From an uncultured Solirubrobacterales bacterium (GTDB lineage Bacteria; Actinomycetota; Thermoleophilia; Solirubrobacterales; Solirubrobacteraceae), in assembly GCA_963757795.1 (NCBI GenBank), contig CAVWSI010000019.1:11177-75176 (forward strand): a stretch of DNA of 64,000 nucleotides. Direction: 5' to 3'. A model generated the notes under the pieces. It ran no database searches, was not told the DNA's origin, and saw nothing but the letters and a program-made list of their open reading frames with translations. The translations under genes and the position numbers were made by a program. Position 1 is the stretch's first letter, and every line of letters begins with the position of its first letter. Positions 46,135 to 56,600 of the stretch are shown one piece after another.

Positions 46135-47392
46135 GGGCCGCCAGGTCCTCGTAGGTTTCGCGGCGCACCACAACCCGGGCATCGCCGTCGCGGCAGAAGA
46201 TCACCGGTGGCCGGGGAACGCCGTTGTAGTTGTTGGCCAGCGAATATCCGTACGCCCCGGTCACCGGGGTCACGATCACGTCGCCCGGCGCGGGATCGGC
46301 CAGCCAAGTCCCGCGCAGGATCACGTCGCCCGACTCGCAGTGCTTGCCGGCGACGTTGCAGCGCTCCTCGGCGGGAGCCAGGGGCCGGTCCACGATCAGC
46401 GCCTCGTACTTCGAGCCGTAGAGCATCGGGCGCAGGTTGTCGGACATGCCGCCGTCGACCGCCACCCAGGTCGAGACGTTGCGCTTGACCGTCTGGACCG
46501 TGTACAGCGTGACCGCCGAGTTCGCCACCAGCGCCCGGCCGGGTTCCAGCAGCAGCCGGACATCGCGGCCCAGCTCCGAGTGCACCGCGGACACCACGGC
46601 ATCGACGTAATCGACGACCGAAGGAGACCGATCGCCAGCGGTGTAGGCCACCCCCAGCCCGCCCCCCACGTTGTAGACCGGGAAGTCGCCGAGCGCCGCG
46701 ATCGTGCGCACGGCAGCTCGGAAGGGCTCCAGCGAGAGCAGCTGCGACCCGATGTGGAAGTGCAGGCCGACCAGCTGCAGGTGGGGGGCGGCCGCGAGCC
46801 GCTCGATCGCCTCCTGCGCCTCCTCAGGCCCGAAGCCGAACTTCGAGTCGGTCTGGCCGGTCGAGATCGCGTGATGGGTGTCCCCCGCCACCCCAGGGGT
46901 GATGCGCAGGAGCACCTCCTGACGGTGCCCCGCCGACCCCACCACCCGCTCCAGCCGCTCGAGCTCGTGCAGCGAATCGATCACGATGTGCCCGACCCCG
47001 GCCGCCACCGCCTCGCGGAGCTCGAGAACCGATTTGGCGTTGCCGTGGAAGTAGATCCGCGCCGGGTCGAACCCGCCCCTTAACGCCAGGAACAGCTCGC
47101 CGCCCGAGGCCACGTCGCAGGCCAGGCCCTCCTCGGCCAGAAGCTGGTAGACGGCGGTGCACGGAAACGCCTTGGAGGCGAACAGCACGTCGTAGTCCGC
47201 GTGCCGGGCACTCAGCGCGTCTACGAATGACCGGGCGCGTGCCCGGAGGTCGTCCTCGGCGACCACGTACGCGGGCGTCCCGAACTCGCGAGCCAGCTCG
47301 AGCATGTCGCAGCCCCCGATCTCGAGGCGGCCCTGCTCGTTGACCCGCGAGCCAAGCGGATAAACCGGCGACAGCAACGAAACGGCGCTCAT
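46121..47392 (-). CDS. lysA: diaminopimelate decarboxylase
   Basis: FASKAF, HFHIGSQ, NVGGG, EPGRAL, GKHCESGD, GAYGYSL. Confidence 0.96.
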   Translation of the reverse strand: MSAVSLLSPVYPLGSRVNEQGRLEIGGCDMLELAREFGTPAYVVAEDDLRARARSFVDALSARHADYDVLFASKAFPCTAVYQLLAEEGLACDVASGGELFLALRGGFDPARIYFHGNAKSVLELREAVAAGVGHIVIDSLHELERLERVVGSAGHRQEVLLRITPGVAGDTHHAISTGQTDSKFGFGPEEAQEAIERLAAAPHLQLVGLHFHIGSQLLSLEPFRAAVRTIAALGDFPVYNVGGGLGVAYTAGDRSPSVVDYVDAVVSAVHSELGRDVRLLLEPGRALVANSAVTLYTVQTVKRNVSTWVAVDGGMSDNLRPMLYGSKYEALIVDRPLAPAEERCNVAGKHCESGDVILRGTWLADPAPGDVIVTPVTGAYGYSLANNYNGVPRPPVIFCRDGDARVVVRRETYEDLAARDVG

Positions 47393-47433
47393 CCGGTGGC
47401 CGATCATGCCATGGAGGCTGCCATCATCGTGGT

Positions 47434-48145
47434 GTGCCCCGCCCGCGCCCGGTCACGGTCGACCTCCCGAGCGAGATCGGCTCGCGCGACGGCCTGGCCT
47501 ACTCGCTGTGGCTGCCGAAGACCCCGGCCGCGGCCGGCGTCGTCGTGCTCCACGGCGCCGGCTCGTGCAAGGAGAACCATCACGACTTCGCCCGCGCCGC
47601 GCATGGGCAGCGGCCTGGCCGCAATCGCCTTCGACCAGCGGGGCCACGGCGAGAGCCAGGGCCCGATGGACGGCCGGGCCCTCGAGGACATCGTCGCGAT
47701 CGCGGCCCTCCTGCGCTCGCACCTCCCGGACCACGCGCCGATCGGGCTGCGCGGCTCGAGCATGGGCGGCTACCTCGCCCTGGTGTCCGCCTCCGCCGCA
47801 CGAGCCGAGGCCGTGGTCGCGATCTGTCCGGCCAGCGCCGAGGGCCTTCAACGCGGGCTGACCGAGCACCGCTTCACGTTCACCGCCGACGCGCCCGCCC
47901 TGCATGCCTTCCTGGCCACCCACGATCCGCGCGAGGCGATCGCCGCGCTCGACGTGCCGGTGCTCCTCCTGCACGCCGAGGGCGACGAGCAGGTTCCGGT
48001 CGAGCAATCGCACGAACTCGCGCGGCTCACCCACCACCCGGGCAGCCGCCTGATCGCCGTACCGGGCGGCCATCACCGCTCGGTCCAGCACGACCCCGAC
48101 CTGCGGGCCGTCAGCCTGCGCTTCCTCACCCGGGCGCTGGGTTAG
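47434..48145 (+). CDS. alpha/beta hydrolase (frameshift ~47600)
   Basis: VLHGAGS, FDQRGHGES, GSSMGG, GDEQVP, GGHH. Confidence 0.85.
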
Positions 48146-48798
48146 TGCCCGGCCAGCCCCGACAGCGTGCCGGCGATCGTCTTGGTCACGCCGGTCACCG
48201 TCTTCGACGCCCCTGAGCCGACGGTGTTCACGGCGCCGGCAGCCTGCGGGCTCACCGGCTTGACCGCGGCGCCGACCGCGCCGGTTCTCTGCTGCACGGC
48301 CGACCCGGCCTGGTTGCCGACTGAGCTGACCGCTCCGCTGGTCCCCGAAACCAGCCCGCCGAGGGCGCCCGTGGTCTGCTTGACCACCTGCCGGACCGGC
48401 TGAAGCGGCCGAGTGGGCACCGGCGCCGGGCTCCCCGGGGGCGTCGCAGCGGTGGCAGGGAGGTTCACGGGGGCCGTCGCCACCACGCCGGACACGGGAC
48501 GCGACGTCGAGATCGGTTCGCCGATCGAGCGCTTGGTCCCGGGCGGCGGAGCAAGCGGCCCACCACCCAGTCGCACGCCCGGCACGGCCACCGCCGGGGC
48601 ACCCGCACCGCCGCCGAGCGGAGCGGCCGTGATCAGGCTGAGGCGCCGAGCCACCGGCGTGCCCACCGCGGCTGCCGCCGGTTCCGGCGAGACGACGCCG
48701 GCCAGGTACGCCCGCGCCGAGCGTCCCAGCCCGGCAAGCCGTTCCAGCCCGGCGAGCCGGTCCAGACCACCCCTAACCATGTCCCGCGGCGCCTGCAC
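48142..48798 (-). CDS. Pro/Ala/Gly-rich hypothetical protein (possibly truncated)
   Basis: Low-complexity ORF with amphipathic C-terminal repeats; start uncertain. Confidence 0.4.
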   Translation of the reverse strand: MQAPRDMVRGGLDRLAGLERLAGLGRSARAYLAGVVSPEPAAAAVGTPVARRLSLITAAPLGGGAGAPAVAVPGVRLGGGPLAPPPGTKRSIGEPISTSRPVSGVVATAPVNLPATAATPPGSPAPVPTRPLQPVRQVVKQTTGALGGLVSGTSGAVSSVGNQAGSAVQQRTGAVGAAVKPVSPQAAGAVNTVGSGASKTVTGVTKTIAGTLSGLAGH

Positions 48799-48859
48799 TT
48801 CTCCCGCTCATATTCCCCGTTCAGGGATTCCTTACCCGGTCTGCGAAGATTAACCCACT

Positions 48860-49771
48860 ATGGCTCGTCCCAAGACGTTCGGCCGCGACACCGGTCTCCA
48901 GGCCCGCATGCTGTTCACGCTGTTCCTGCTCGGCCTGGTCTACGCCGTGCTGGTCGCCGCGCTGATCGCCGCCGGCGCCGGCGCGGTGACCATCGCGATC
49001 GTCGCCGCGGCCCTGTTCGCGGTGCAGCTCTTCACCTCGGACAAGATCGCGCTCTACTCGATGGGCGCCCACGAGGTCTCCCCCCAGGAGGCGCCGCAGC
49101 TTCACGCGATGATCGAGCGCCTGTGCATCCAGGCCAACCTGCCCAAGCCTCGCGTGGCCGTCGCCCAGACCCCGATGCCGAACGCGTTCGCGATCGGGCG
49201 CTCGCCGAAGAGCGCCACCGTGTGCGCCACCACCGGGATCCTGAACCTGCTCGAGCCCTCCGAGCTCGAGGCGGTGCTCGGCCACGAGATCACCCACGTG
49301 ATGAACCGCGATGTGGTGGTGATGACGGTGGCCAGCTTCTTCGCCTCGATCGCCGCCTTCATCACCCAGTGGGGGTTCTTCTTCGGCGGCGGCTTCGGCG
49401 GCGGCGACAATCGCGACAACAACAACAACGGGTTCATCTTCGTGATCCTGATCTCCGCCGCCGTGTACGTGATCTCGTTCCTGCTGTTGCAGGCGCTCTC
49501 GCGCTACCGCGAGTTCGCCGCCGACCGTGGCTCGGCGATCATCACGGGCCGCCCCAGCGCCCTGATCAGCGCGCTGATGAAGATCGACGGCGGCATGGCC
49601 AGGATCCCCCAGCGCGACCTGCGCTCGACCCCGAGTGAGCTGGCCGCGTTCTACATCTTCCCGCCCAAGGCCAAGCAGTCGATCACCACGCTGTTCTCGA
49701 CGCACCCGCCCCTCGAGGCCAGGATCGCGCGGCTCCAGCGGCTCGAAGCTCAGCTCCAGGGCACCGCCTGA
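48860..49771 (+). CDS. htpX: M48 zinc metalloprotease HtpX
   Basis: PNAFAIG, LGHEITH (HExxH), SRYREFAAD, FSTHPPLEARI. Confidence 0.95.
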   Translation: MARPKTFGRDTGLQARMLFTLFLLGLVYAVLVAALIAAGAGAVTIAIVAAALFAVQLFTSDKIALYSMGAHEVSPQEAPQLHAMIERLCIQANLPKPRVAVAQTPMPNAFAIGRSPKSATVCATTGILNLLEPSELEAVLGHEITHVMNRDVVVMTVASFFASIAAFITQWGFFFGGGFGGGDNRDNNNNGFIFVILISAAVYVISFLLLQALSRYREFAADRGSAIITGRPSALISALMKIDGGMARIPQRDLRSTPSELAAFYIFPPKAKQSITTLFSTHPPLEARIARLQRLEAQLQGTA

Positions 49772-49778
49772 CGGGCCG

Positions 49779-50351
49779 GTGGGCTTCCTCGACGTCCTGC
49801 TCGGTCGCCGCAAGCTGGACAAGCCGGCACCCGACCGGCTGTTCGCGATCAGCACCGCGTACGTGGCCATGGAGACCTCGCTCGAGATCGGCTCCCGGGG
49901 AAAGGCCGCGATCGTCTTCCAACCGCTGGCCACGGCCGACTTCGAGTCGATCGTGCGCGACATGGAGGAGGTCGTGCGCGCCACGGCCAGCGACAGCGGC
50001 ACGACGGTCACCTCCTCAGACGACAGCTATGGCTTTCGCTGGCTGGTCTTGCGCGGCTCGGACTTCGACGACCTCGTGGTCGGCATCAACGCGGTGAGCG
50101 GCGCGCTCGAGGCGGGCGGTTACGGCGAGCGCGTCCTGTGCGCGGTGTTCGCCTTCGAGGACTCGCGCAAGCGGGCGCTCTACTGGATCTACAACTACAA
50201 GCGCGGGACGTACTACCCGTTCGCGCCGGCCGGCGGCGCCGAGCAGCGCGACAACGAGCGCGAGCTGATCCTCAAGGCGCAGCTGGCGCGAGAGCTGCCG
50301 ATCGAGCAGGAGCTCGAGCGCTGGTTCCCGCTGTGGGGCATCCCGATTTAG
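49779..50351 (+). CDS. PspA-associated protein PspAB-like
   Basis: MGFLDVLLGR..PDRLFAI..DSYGFRW..YNYKRGTYYPFAP..RDNEREL..RWFPLWGIP; follows htpX. Confidence 0.8.
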   Translation: MGFLDVLLGRRKLDKPAPDRLFAISTAYVAMETSLEIGSRGKAAIVFQPLATADFESIVRDMEEVVRATASDSGTTVTSSDDSYGFRWLVLRGSDFDDLVVGINAVSGALEAGGYGERVLCAVFAFEDSRKRALYWIYNYKRGTYYPFAPAGGAEQRDNERELILKAQLARELPIEQELERWFPLWGIPI

Positions 50352-50417
50352 GGCCTCGCTGACGCTCGGCGTCCCTGGGGCCGTTCCGCCGGGCGTCCTT
50401 GCCCGGCGGCCGCAGCG

Positions 50418-50730
50418 TCAGTCGCTTGCTCCGTTTCGTGACTCGCCCGAGCAGGAAGCCGCCGGCGAACGCGCCCAAGGCAGCCACGGGAATCGGATTC
50501 TGCTTCGCCGTGGCGGTGGCCTGCGTGGCGGCGGACGAGACGCTGTCAGGCGACGCCTCGCGGGCCTTTCCGAGCTTCTCCGCGGCCGAGTCCTTGGTCG
50601 AGCCGATCTTCTCGCGGACCCGGCCCTTGACGTCCGCCTTGGCCGCGAGCGCCTCGACGGTGTCGCCGAGCTCCTGGCGGGTGGTCTCGATCTCTTCCCG
50701 GATCTGCTCCGGATCCTTGCTCTCGGTCAC
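50418..50730 (-). CDS. DUF3618 family protein (3' end approximate)
   Basis: DPEQIREEIETTRQELGDTVEALAAKADVK..C-terminal TM NPIPVAALGAFAGGFLLGR. Confidence 0.85.
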
Positions 50731-51158
50731 GGCTGACGCGCGTGCTGCGCCTTCGTCTTGGCCCATTGCACGTCCTCCTTCACGCTCTCGGTGGCCTGCT
50801 CGGGTACGGGCGGAGTCGCCTCCTGCACCTTGTTCTTGCCCTGCAGGGCGAGGATGCCGGCGAGCGCGCCGTACACCGCGGTCACGATCAGTGCCGCCAG
50901 CCACCCGTCCATCGCCATGGAAAGGGCCAGGATGATCGTCGCGGTCAGCGCGCCCAGGGCATAGAACCCGAACACGCCGGCGCCGCCGAACATGCCGGCG
51001 CCGATGCCGGCCCGCTTGCCTTTGAAGGCGAGCTCCGCCTTGGCCAGCTCCACTTCCTGGCGGGCCAAGCGGCTCGACTGCTCGGAGAGCTGCTTGATCA
51101 GCTCGGCGAGCGACGCCTCGGAGCGAGCGCCCGGCTCCCGTTCGGTCGTGCTCGACAT
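50727..51158 (-). CDS. actinobacterial phage-holin-like (DUF1469) membrane protein
   Basis: SLAELIKQLSEQSSRLARQEVELAKAE..2 TM..PEQATESVKEDV. Confidence 0.85.
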   Translation of the reverse strand: MSSTTEREPGARSEASLAELIKQLSEQSSRLARQEVELAKAELAFKGKRAGIGAGMFGGAGVFGFYALGALTATIILALSMAMDGWLAALIVTAVYGALAGILALQGKNKVQEATPPVPEQATESVKEDVQWAKTKAQHARQP

Positions 51159-51193
51159 TGGTCGTTCTCCCTCCTACCTCGTTCTGCTGCTTT

Positions 51194-51652
51194 CTAGCGG
51201 TCGCCGTTGTGGATGCGGCCGCCCCGCGCGGGTGCCTCTTGCGCCACTGCTCCGCGCTCGTCGACAGTGTCTTCGCGGACGGCGCCGTCTTCGTCTGTGA
51301 CGATCGTCTCGCGCGTCGCGCGGCCGTCGGCCTCGCCATCGCGATCCAATTCATGATCGGCCAGCCCGAGTTCGTGCGCGCGGGCGCGCTCCTCGTGCAG
51401 ACGCGCCTCGGCCCGCTCGCGGTCGGCCACGGCACCCGCCACGCGGGCGTGGTGCTCGGCCTCTTCGGCTGCGCCGGTCCGAGTCTGGGCCGCCTCGCGA
51501 TGCTCGGTCACGGCGACCTGCCGGCGCTGGTTCAGCTCCCGCTCTCGCCGGCGCGCGGCGGCCACCCGGCGGCCCCGGGTCAACGAGAACAGCAGCGCGG
51601 CTAGGACGATTACGGCGACAACGACGATTGCGACGATAAGCCCGGTGGACAT
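51194..51652 (-). CDS. hypothetical membrane-anchored coiled-coil protein
   Basis: N-terminal TM MSTGLIVAIVVVAVIVLAALL, charged helix; RBS AGGAGG. Confidence 0.75.
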   Translation of the reverse strand: MSTGLIVAIVVVAVIVLAALLFSLTRGRRVAAARRRERELNQRRQVAVTEHREAAQTRTGAAEEAEHHARVAGAVADRERAEARLHEERARAHELGLADHELDRDGEADGRATRETIVTDEDGAVREDTVDERGAVAQEAPARGGRIHNGDR

Positions 51653-51683
51653 TCCTCAACCTCCTTGGTGGTTGCTCGGAGGC

Positions 51684-51707
51684 TTCCCCACCTCGGAGGG
51701 CTGAAAC
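51684..51707 (-). promoter_or_regulatory. SigB/SigF-type stress promoter candidate
   Basis: Minus strand GTTT-N14-GGGGAA upstream of the 51652 operon. Confidence 0.55.
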
Positions 51708-51723
51708 TGATCGTCAACCGCGG

Positions 51724-52001
51724 CTATCCGGGAATCAGGCCCTCACCGCTGAACTCCGCCCTCGCCTCGTCGAACGAGACATCGGGCGGAGGAACGATCA
51801 CGTCCGAGCCCTCGAGCACGTCGTCCGGGACCGGCTCCCCGTTCTTGCGCACGAACTCGATCAGCGCCTTGAACGCCTGGAGGAACTGCTCCTCGTCCCC
51901 GGTCTCGCAGGCCACCACCGCCTGATTGTCGAGCTGGTTCAGGACCTCGGCATCGCTCTCGGTCAGCTCGTACTGCCCTCGGTCGAGATCCGGACGATCA
52001 C
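51724..52001 (-). CDS. PspA-associated protein PspAA-like (one frameshift ~51977)
   Basis: MIVRISTEGQYEL..LNQLDN..SDVIVPPPDVS..GEGLIPG. Confidence 0.85.
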
Positions 52002-52770
52002 TGGGCCTGCCCTTGCTCGGTCTTCCTCACCGGCACCCAGCTCGCCGCGCGGTCTCCGTGCCGGTGCCGAGCTCGGCCTTCATCTTGGCCAGCTCGTCGT
52101 CGACCTCGCTGGAGCTCGAGAGCTGCCGAAGCTGGCGGTCGATGTCGTCTTCGCCGGGCCCCAGTTGGGTGAGATCCTGGAACGTCCCGGCCGCCTCGAG
52201 CTCCTGCACGGCGTCGGCGCGGGCCTTCATGTTCTCGGTCTTGTCGAGCGCGCGCTGCATGGCCAGGCCCACGTCGGCCATCTCCTCGCCCACGCCGGTG
52301 GCCGCCTCGGAGATCCGCACCTGCGCCTCGGCGGCCGAGTACTGCGCCTTGATGACCTCCTTCTGCGAGCGGAACTGCTCGATCTTGGTCCGCAGCTTCT
52401 GCTCGGAGGCGGTCATCTGCTCCTGCTGCTGCTCGAGCTGGGTGATCTGCGAGTCGAGCGACTGCAGTTCGGTCTGGGCCACGTTCTTGCGCTCGAGCGC
52501 GGTGCGGGCCAGGTCCTCGTTGCCGGCGGCCAGCGCCTTGCGCGCCTGGGTGTCGAGCTTCACCACCTGGTCGCGCAGCTTCTGCTCCTGGAGTTGGAGG
52601 CGCTTCTTCGAGGTGACGACGTCGGCGATGCCCTTCTTGACGTTCTGGAGCAGCTCGATCTGCTTCTGGTAGCTGTACTCCAGCGTCTCCGCCGGGTCCT
52701 CGGCGCGGTCGAGGAGCTTCGAGATCTTCGCTTTGATTACGGTCGACATGCGCCCGGACAGACCCGGCAT
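51998..52770 (-). CDS. pspA: PspA/IM30 family protein (3' frameshift)
   Basis: LLDRAEDPAETLEY..GNEDLARTALERK..MKARADA..VDDELAKMKAE. Confidence 0.93.
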
Positions 52771-52849
52771 CGCATCCTCCTTGGCGGTCGCTGGCTTGGG
52801 TCCTCAAGCGTAGCGAGGCAGCGGGGTACGGCGCAGACGGTGAACCGAG

Positions 52850-53563
52850 CTACAACCCGGTCGGGTGGCGCGCCGTGAACCCGGATGTGCCGCTCATCAC
52901 GGGGCGCCAGCGCGGCCCGGTCCCGGGCGCGGGATGCGGGTCGCCCTCGGCCGAGGTATCCAGGCGAATCCCGGCGATCTCGACGAAGGCGTGGCCCGGG
53001 TTGGTGTAGACGGTGATCCACTGCCCGTTCCCGTGCACGCCCCAGCTCATCATCTGGCCGGAGTCCTCGGAGATCTTCAGCAGCCCGGCGGCGTGCAGGA
53101 CGTAGGACACCGAGCCCGAGCAGTCGTAGGCGCTGTCGTTCCACTTGCCGTGCCCGCCGCCCACGCGGTATGGCTTCAGACGGATACGGTCGCCGGCCCA
53201 GATCGCCTGCTGCACGGCGATCGGCGCGTCGGCGGGCGCGTAGGCCACGCCGTGAATGATCCGGCCGGTCGCTCCGGCCACGGTCGGGTGCGGGCACGAG
53301 AGCGGATTCGGTCCGGCCACGCCCCCGACGCCGGCGCCGCCGGACGTCGCGGTGGCGGCTGGCGTCGACGAGCAGACGCTGGGAGCTTGCGTTGCCGTGC
53401 TCGGGGCCGGGGCCGGGGCCGGGGTGTCGACGTTTGTCGTGCCGCTCGCGCTGGATCCGCCCCCGGACATGCCGGCCCCACCCCCGGTGCTGGCACCCGC
53501 GCTCGAGGCGCCCGCCAACGCAAACGCGGCCAAGCCCGGGAGTATCAGGTGCGCAACCCGCAA
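52850..53563 (-). CDS. secreted NlpC/P60-type peptidoglycan endopeptidase
   Basis: Signal peptide from TTG 53563; PYRVGGGHG..YDCSGSVSY..GHAFV. Confidence 0.85.
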   Translation of the reverse strand: MRVAHLILPGLAAFALAGASSAGASTGGGAGMSGGGSSASGTTNVDTPAPAPAPSTATQAPSVCSSTPAATATSGGAGVGGVAGPNPLSCPHPTVAGATGRIIHGVAYAPADAPIAVQQAIWAGDRIRLKPYRVGGGHGKWNDSAYDCSGSVSYVLHAAGLLKISEDSGQMMSWGVHGNGQWITVYTNPGHAFVEIAGIRLDTSAEGDPHPAPGTGPRWRPVMSGTSGFTARHPTGL

Positions 53564-53567
53564 GAAA

Positions 53568-53712
53568 TCTCTTTCGTCGGCCTGCGGGGTTAGCTGACGG
53601 GCTGGCGCTAAAAGAGCCTGCGCCTTCCGCGGCTTCACCGCGGAACTCGCCCCTAAAACTTGGGTCCCCCGCTCCGCGGATGTTCAGGCCCGCGGATTCG
53701 GCGTCGCGGCAA
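53568..53712 (-). ncRNA. cyclic-di-AMP (ydaO/yuaA) riboswitch
   Basis: Minus strand GCCGAATCC..GGAGCGGGGGACCCA..GGGGCGAGTTCC..CCCGTCAGCTAACCCCGCAGGC matches the conserved ydaO blocks; upstream of a cell-wall hydrolase. Confidence 0.92.
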
Positions 53713-53818
53713 TATACATGTTGCCGTGGCGTGACGTACGTTCGCCGGGCACGCCGCGCTTCCTGCTTCGTCCACAAGTTGCGCCCATTCGCACCGGCCG
53801 GCGCTACTGTCCGGCGCG

Positions 53819-55029
53819 ATGCGATCGACCAAGTGGCTCTCCGCGCCGATCGCGCTGTTCGCCGTCTGCGTGACGGTCGCCGGGTGCGGCGGCACCACCA
53901 CGCTGATCAAGGTAAAGACCACGGGCCCGCTCCAGAACCCGGTCTCGGGCAACCAGGGGATCGGCTTTCCGGTGTCCGCGACAAAGAACACCACCCGGGT
54001 CTCGGGCGCGGATTCGGTCGCCAACGCCGCCGGCGTGGCGCTCGCCGTGTTTCCCTCCAGCGTCGCCGGCACCCACCCGACCGCGGTGACCATTGCGCCC
54101 AGCGACAGCTGGCAGGCCGCGATCGCCTCCTCGGTGCTGATGGCGCCGCCCATCCGGGCCCCGATCCTGCTCTCGGGGAGTTCGGCCCTTCCGCCCGCCA
54201 CCGCCGACGCGCTCAGCCTGCTCGCCCCCACCGGCTCGGGCCCGGCCGACGGCGCGCAGATCATCCGGGTGGGCGACGTCCCGGGCCGCAGCGGCCTGCG
54301 GGCGAGGGCGATCTCGGGCAACGGGCCGTATGCCCTGGCCGCCGCGATCGACCGGTTCGCCACCGCCGCAGCCGGCAAGCCGAGTCCCTACGTGGTCATC
54401 GCCTCGGCTGACGACCCGGCCTACGCGATGCCGGCCGCCGGATGGGCGGCCGAGAGCGGCAATCCGGTCCTGTTCGTGTCCTCCTCGGGCGTCCCCGCGG
54501 CCACCCAGGAGGCGCTCCTCGCCCACCAGAAGCCCCATATCTATGTCCTCGGGTCCGCCAGGCGTGATCCCCGACAGCGTGCTGGCCCAGCTGCGCCAAG
54601 TACGGGACGGTGGCGCGGGTGGGGGCCGCGGACCCGGCGGCGAACTCGGTTGCGTTCGCCGTCTACCGCGACCCGCCCTGCGTGGCGAACCAGCCCTGTG
54701 CCCACGTGCCGAACAGCTTCGGGTGGGCCATGCGGAGCCCCGGCCACGGGTACACGCTGCTCAACGCGAGCCGGCCGCTCGACGCCGCCGCGTCCGCCCC
54801 GCTGTCGGCCAGCGGGTCCTTCGGTCCGCAGCTGCTCGTGAACTCCGCCAACCAGCTGCCGTCCTCGGTGCTGAACTTCTTCCTGGACTACGCCACCCCC
54901 GGCTACACCCAGGAGGGCCCCACCGCCGCCGTGTACAACCACGGCTGGGTGATCGGCGACCCGAGCACGATCGCGGTCTCGGTCCAGGCCCAGATGGATA
55001 GCCTTCTCGAAGTGGTGCCGCAGAAATGA
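53819..55029 (+). CDS. lipoprotein with cell-wall-binding-2 (CWB2)-like repeats (frameshift ~54555)
   Basis: Lipobox VAGC; TTRVSGAD..APILL; AISGNGPY..NPVLFV..IYVLG. Confidence 0.7.
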
Positions 55030-55310
55030 GCCAGGCCGAGCATCCGGATCGACTCAAGCCCGACCACGAGGTCACGGTGGAGGACGTGCGCCAGCTCATG
55101 GGCGCCTCGACCCCGCACTTCGCGCTGCAGCTGCGCGAGCGGATCCGCAAGCTGATCCGCGGGCTCCCGGCCGACCATCCCGCGCGGGTCGAGGGCGAGC
55201 GTGAGATCGCCCGCCTGAACCGGATCGCGTTCACCGGCGAGGTGCGAGGGCATCCTGCCGAGCCCGGCCTCGAGCCGCTGCGCAGCGTCACCGCGCACGC
55301 GGAAGTCTGA
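55026..55310 (+). CDS. hypothetical protein
   Basis: 94 aa ORF with ATGA coupling to the upstream gene; typical codon usage. Confidence 0.75.
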   Translation: MSQAEHPDRLKPDHEVTVEDVRQLMGASTPHFALQLRERIRKLIRGLPADHPARVEGEREIARLNRIAFTGEVRGHPAEPGLEPLRSVTAHAEV

Positions 55311-55318
55311 CCCGCGAG

Positions 55319-56600
55319 ATGGGCTCGGCGAGATCCGTTTCCGTGATTGGCCTCGGGCGCGTGGGGCTGCCCCTGGCACTGGGCTTCGCCGATCGCGGGG
55401 TCCAGGTGCTCGGGGTCGATCACGACCCCGGTCTGCTCGCCTCGGTGCGGGCCGGGCGGATGCCGTTCGAGGAGTCGGGCGCCCAGGCGCTGCTCGAGCG
55501 CGCGCTGGCCGCCGGGCGTCTCGAGCTGTCCGAGCGCGCGGCAGACGCCGCCCGCGCGGACGACATCGTGATCACGATCGGGACCCCCTCCTTCTCCCAC
55601 ATCGAGTCGGACCTGCGCGGGGTGCGAGCGGTCGTCGACGACCTGCTCCCGATGCTCCGGCATGGCCAGGCTCTGATCCTGCGCTCGACGATCGCGCCGG
55701 GGACGACCGAGTTCGTGGCCGGGTATCTCGAGAAGCAGCGCGGGCTGCGGGTGGGCGAGGACCTGTTCGTGGCCCACGCGCCGGAGCGGATCGCGGCCGG
55801 GCGGTTCCTCGAGGAGATCTCCACCCTTCCGTGCATCATCGGCGGCGTCGACGAGGCCTCGACCGAGCGGGCGGCCGCCACGTTCTCGGTGTTCGGCGCC
55901 CCGATCGTCCGGACCACCTCGGTGCAGGCTGAGCTGGCCAAGATCTGGACCAACATCCTGCGCTACACGACGTTCGCGCTCCCGAACCTCCTGATGATGG
56001 ACTGCGAGCGCTACAGCGCCAACGTGTTCGACGTCATCGCGTTGATCAATCGCGACTACCCGCGGGGCGGGATCGCCCAGCCCGGGATGACCGCCGGGAC
56101 CTGCCTGCGCAAGGACTTCGCCTTCTCCGAGGAACGCTCCAACGCGCCCGGCATGCTGCTCGCCGTCTCGCGCGTGAACGAGTCCGTGCCGCTGTTCGTG
56201 GTCGAGGGCGTGAAGCGCCGCATCGGATCGCTCTCGAGCCGCAAGGTCGCGGTGCTCGGCCTGACCTTCAAGCGTGACACCGACGACGAGCGCGACTCGC
56301 TGTCGCCCAAGCTGATCCGGCTGCTCGAGCGCGAACTGGCCGACGTGGCGGTGTGCGATCCGCATGCCCACTCCCCCACCCAGCCGCTCGAGCAGGCCGT
56401 GCAGGACGCCGACGTGGTGATCGTGGCCACCAACCACTCCGAGTTCGAGGGCCCGGGCGTGCTCTCCGAGATCGTCGTCGCGCGCCAACGCCGACTGCCT
56501 GCTCGTCGACCCCTGGAACGCGCTGTGCACCGGACAGGTGTTCCTGTTCGCCGCCGAGTCGAGCGTCCTGCTCGGCCAGGCCGCCGCCGGCACGGCATGA
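55319..56600 (+). CDS. UDP-glucose/GDP-mannose-family nucleotide-sugar dehydrogenase (frameshift ~56480)
   Basis: GLGRVGLP, LRSTIAPGTT, APERI, AELAK, AGTCLRKD, GLTFKRDTDD; true C-terminus CLLVDPWN..GTA-stop in another frame. Confidence 0.88.

Noticed and set aside
50727-51158. Holin-like gene as evidence of a prophage
   Set aside because: This family with DUF3618 is a common chromosomal actinobacterial pair; no phage genes nearby
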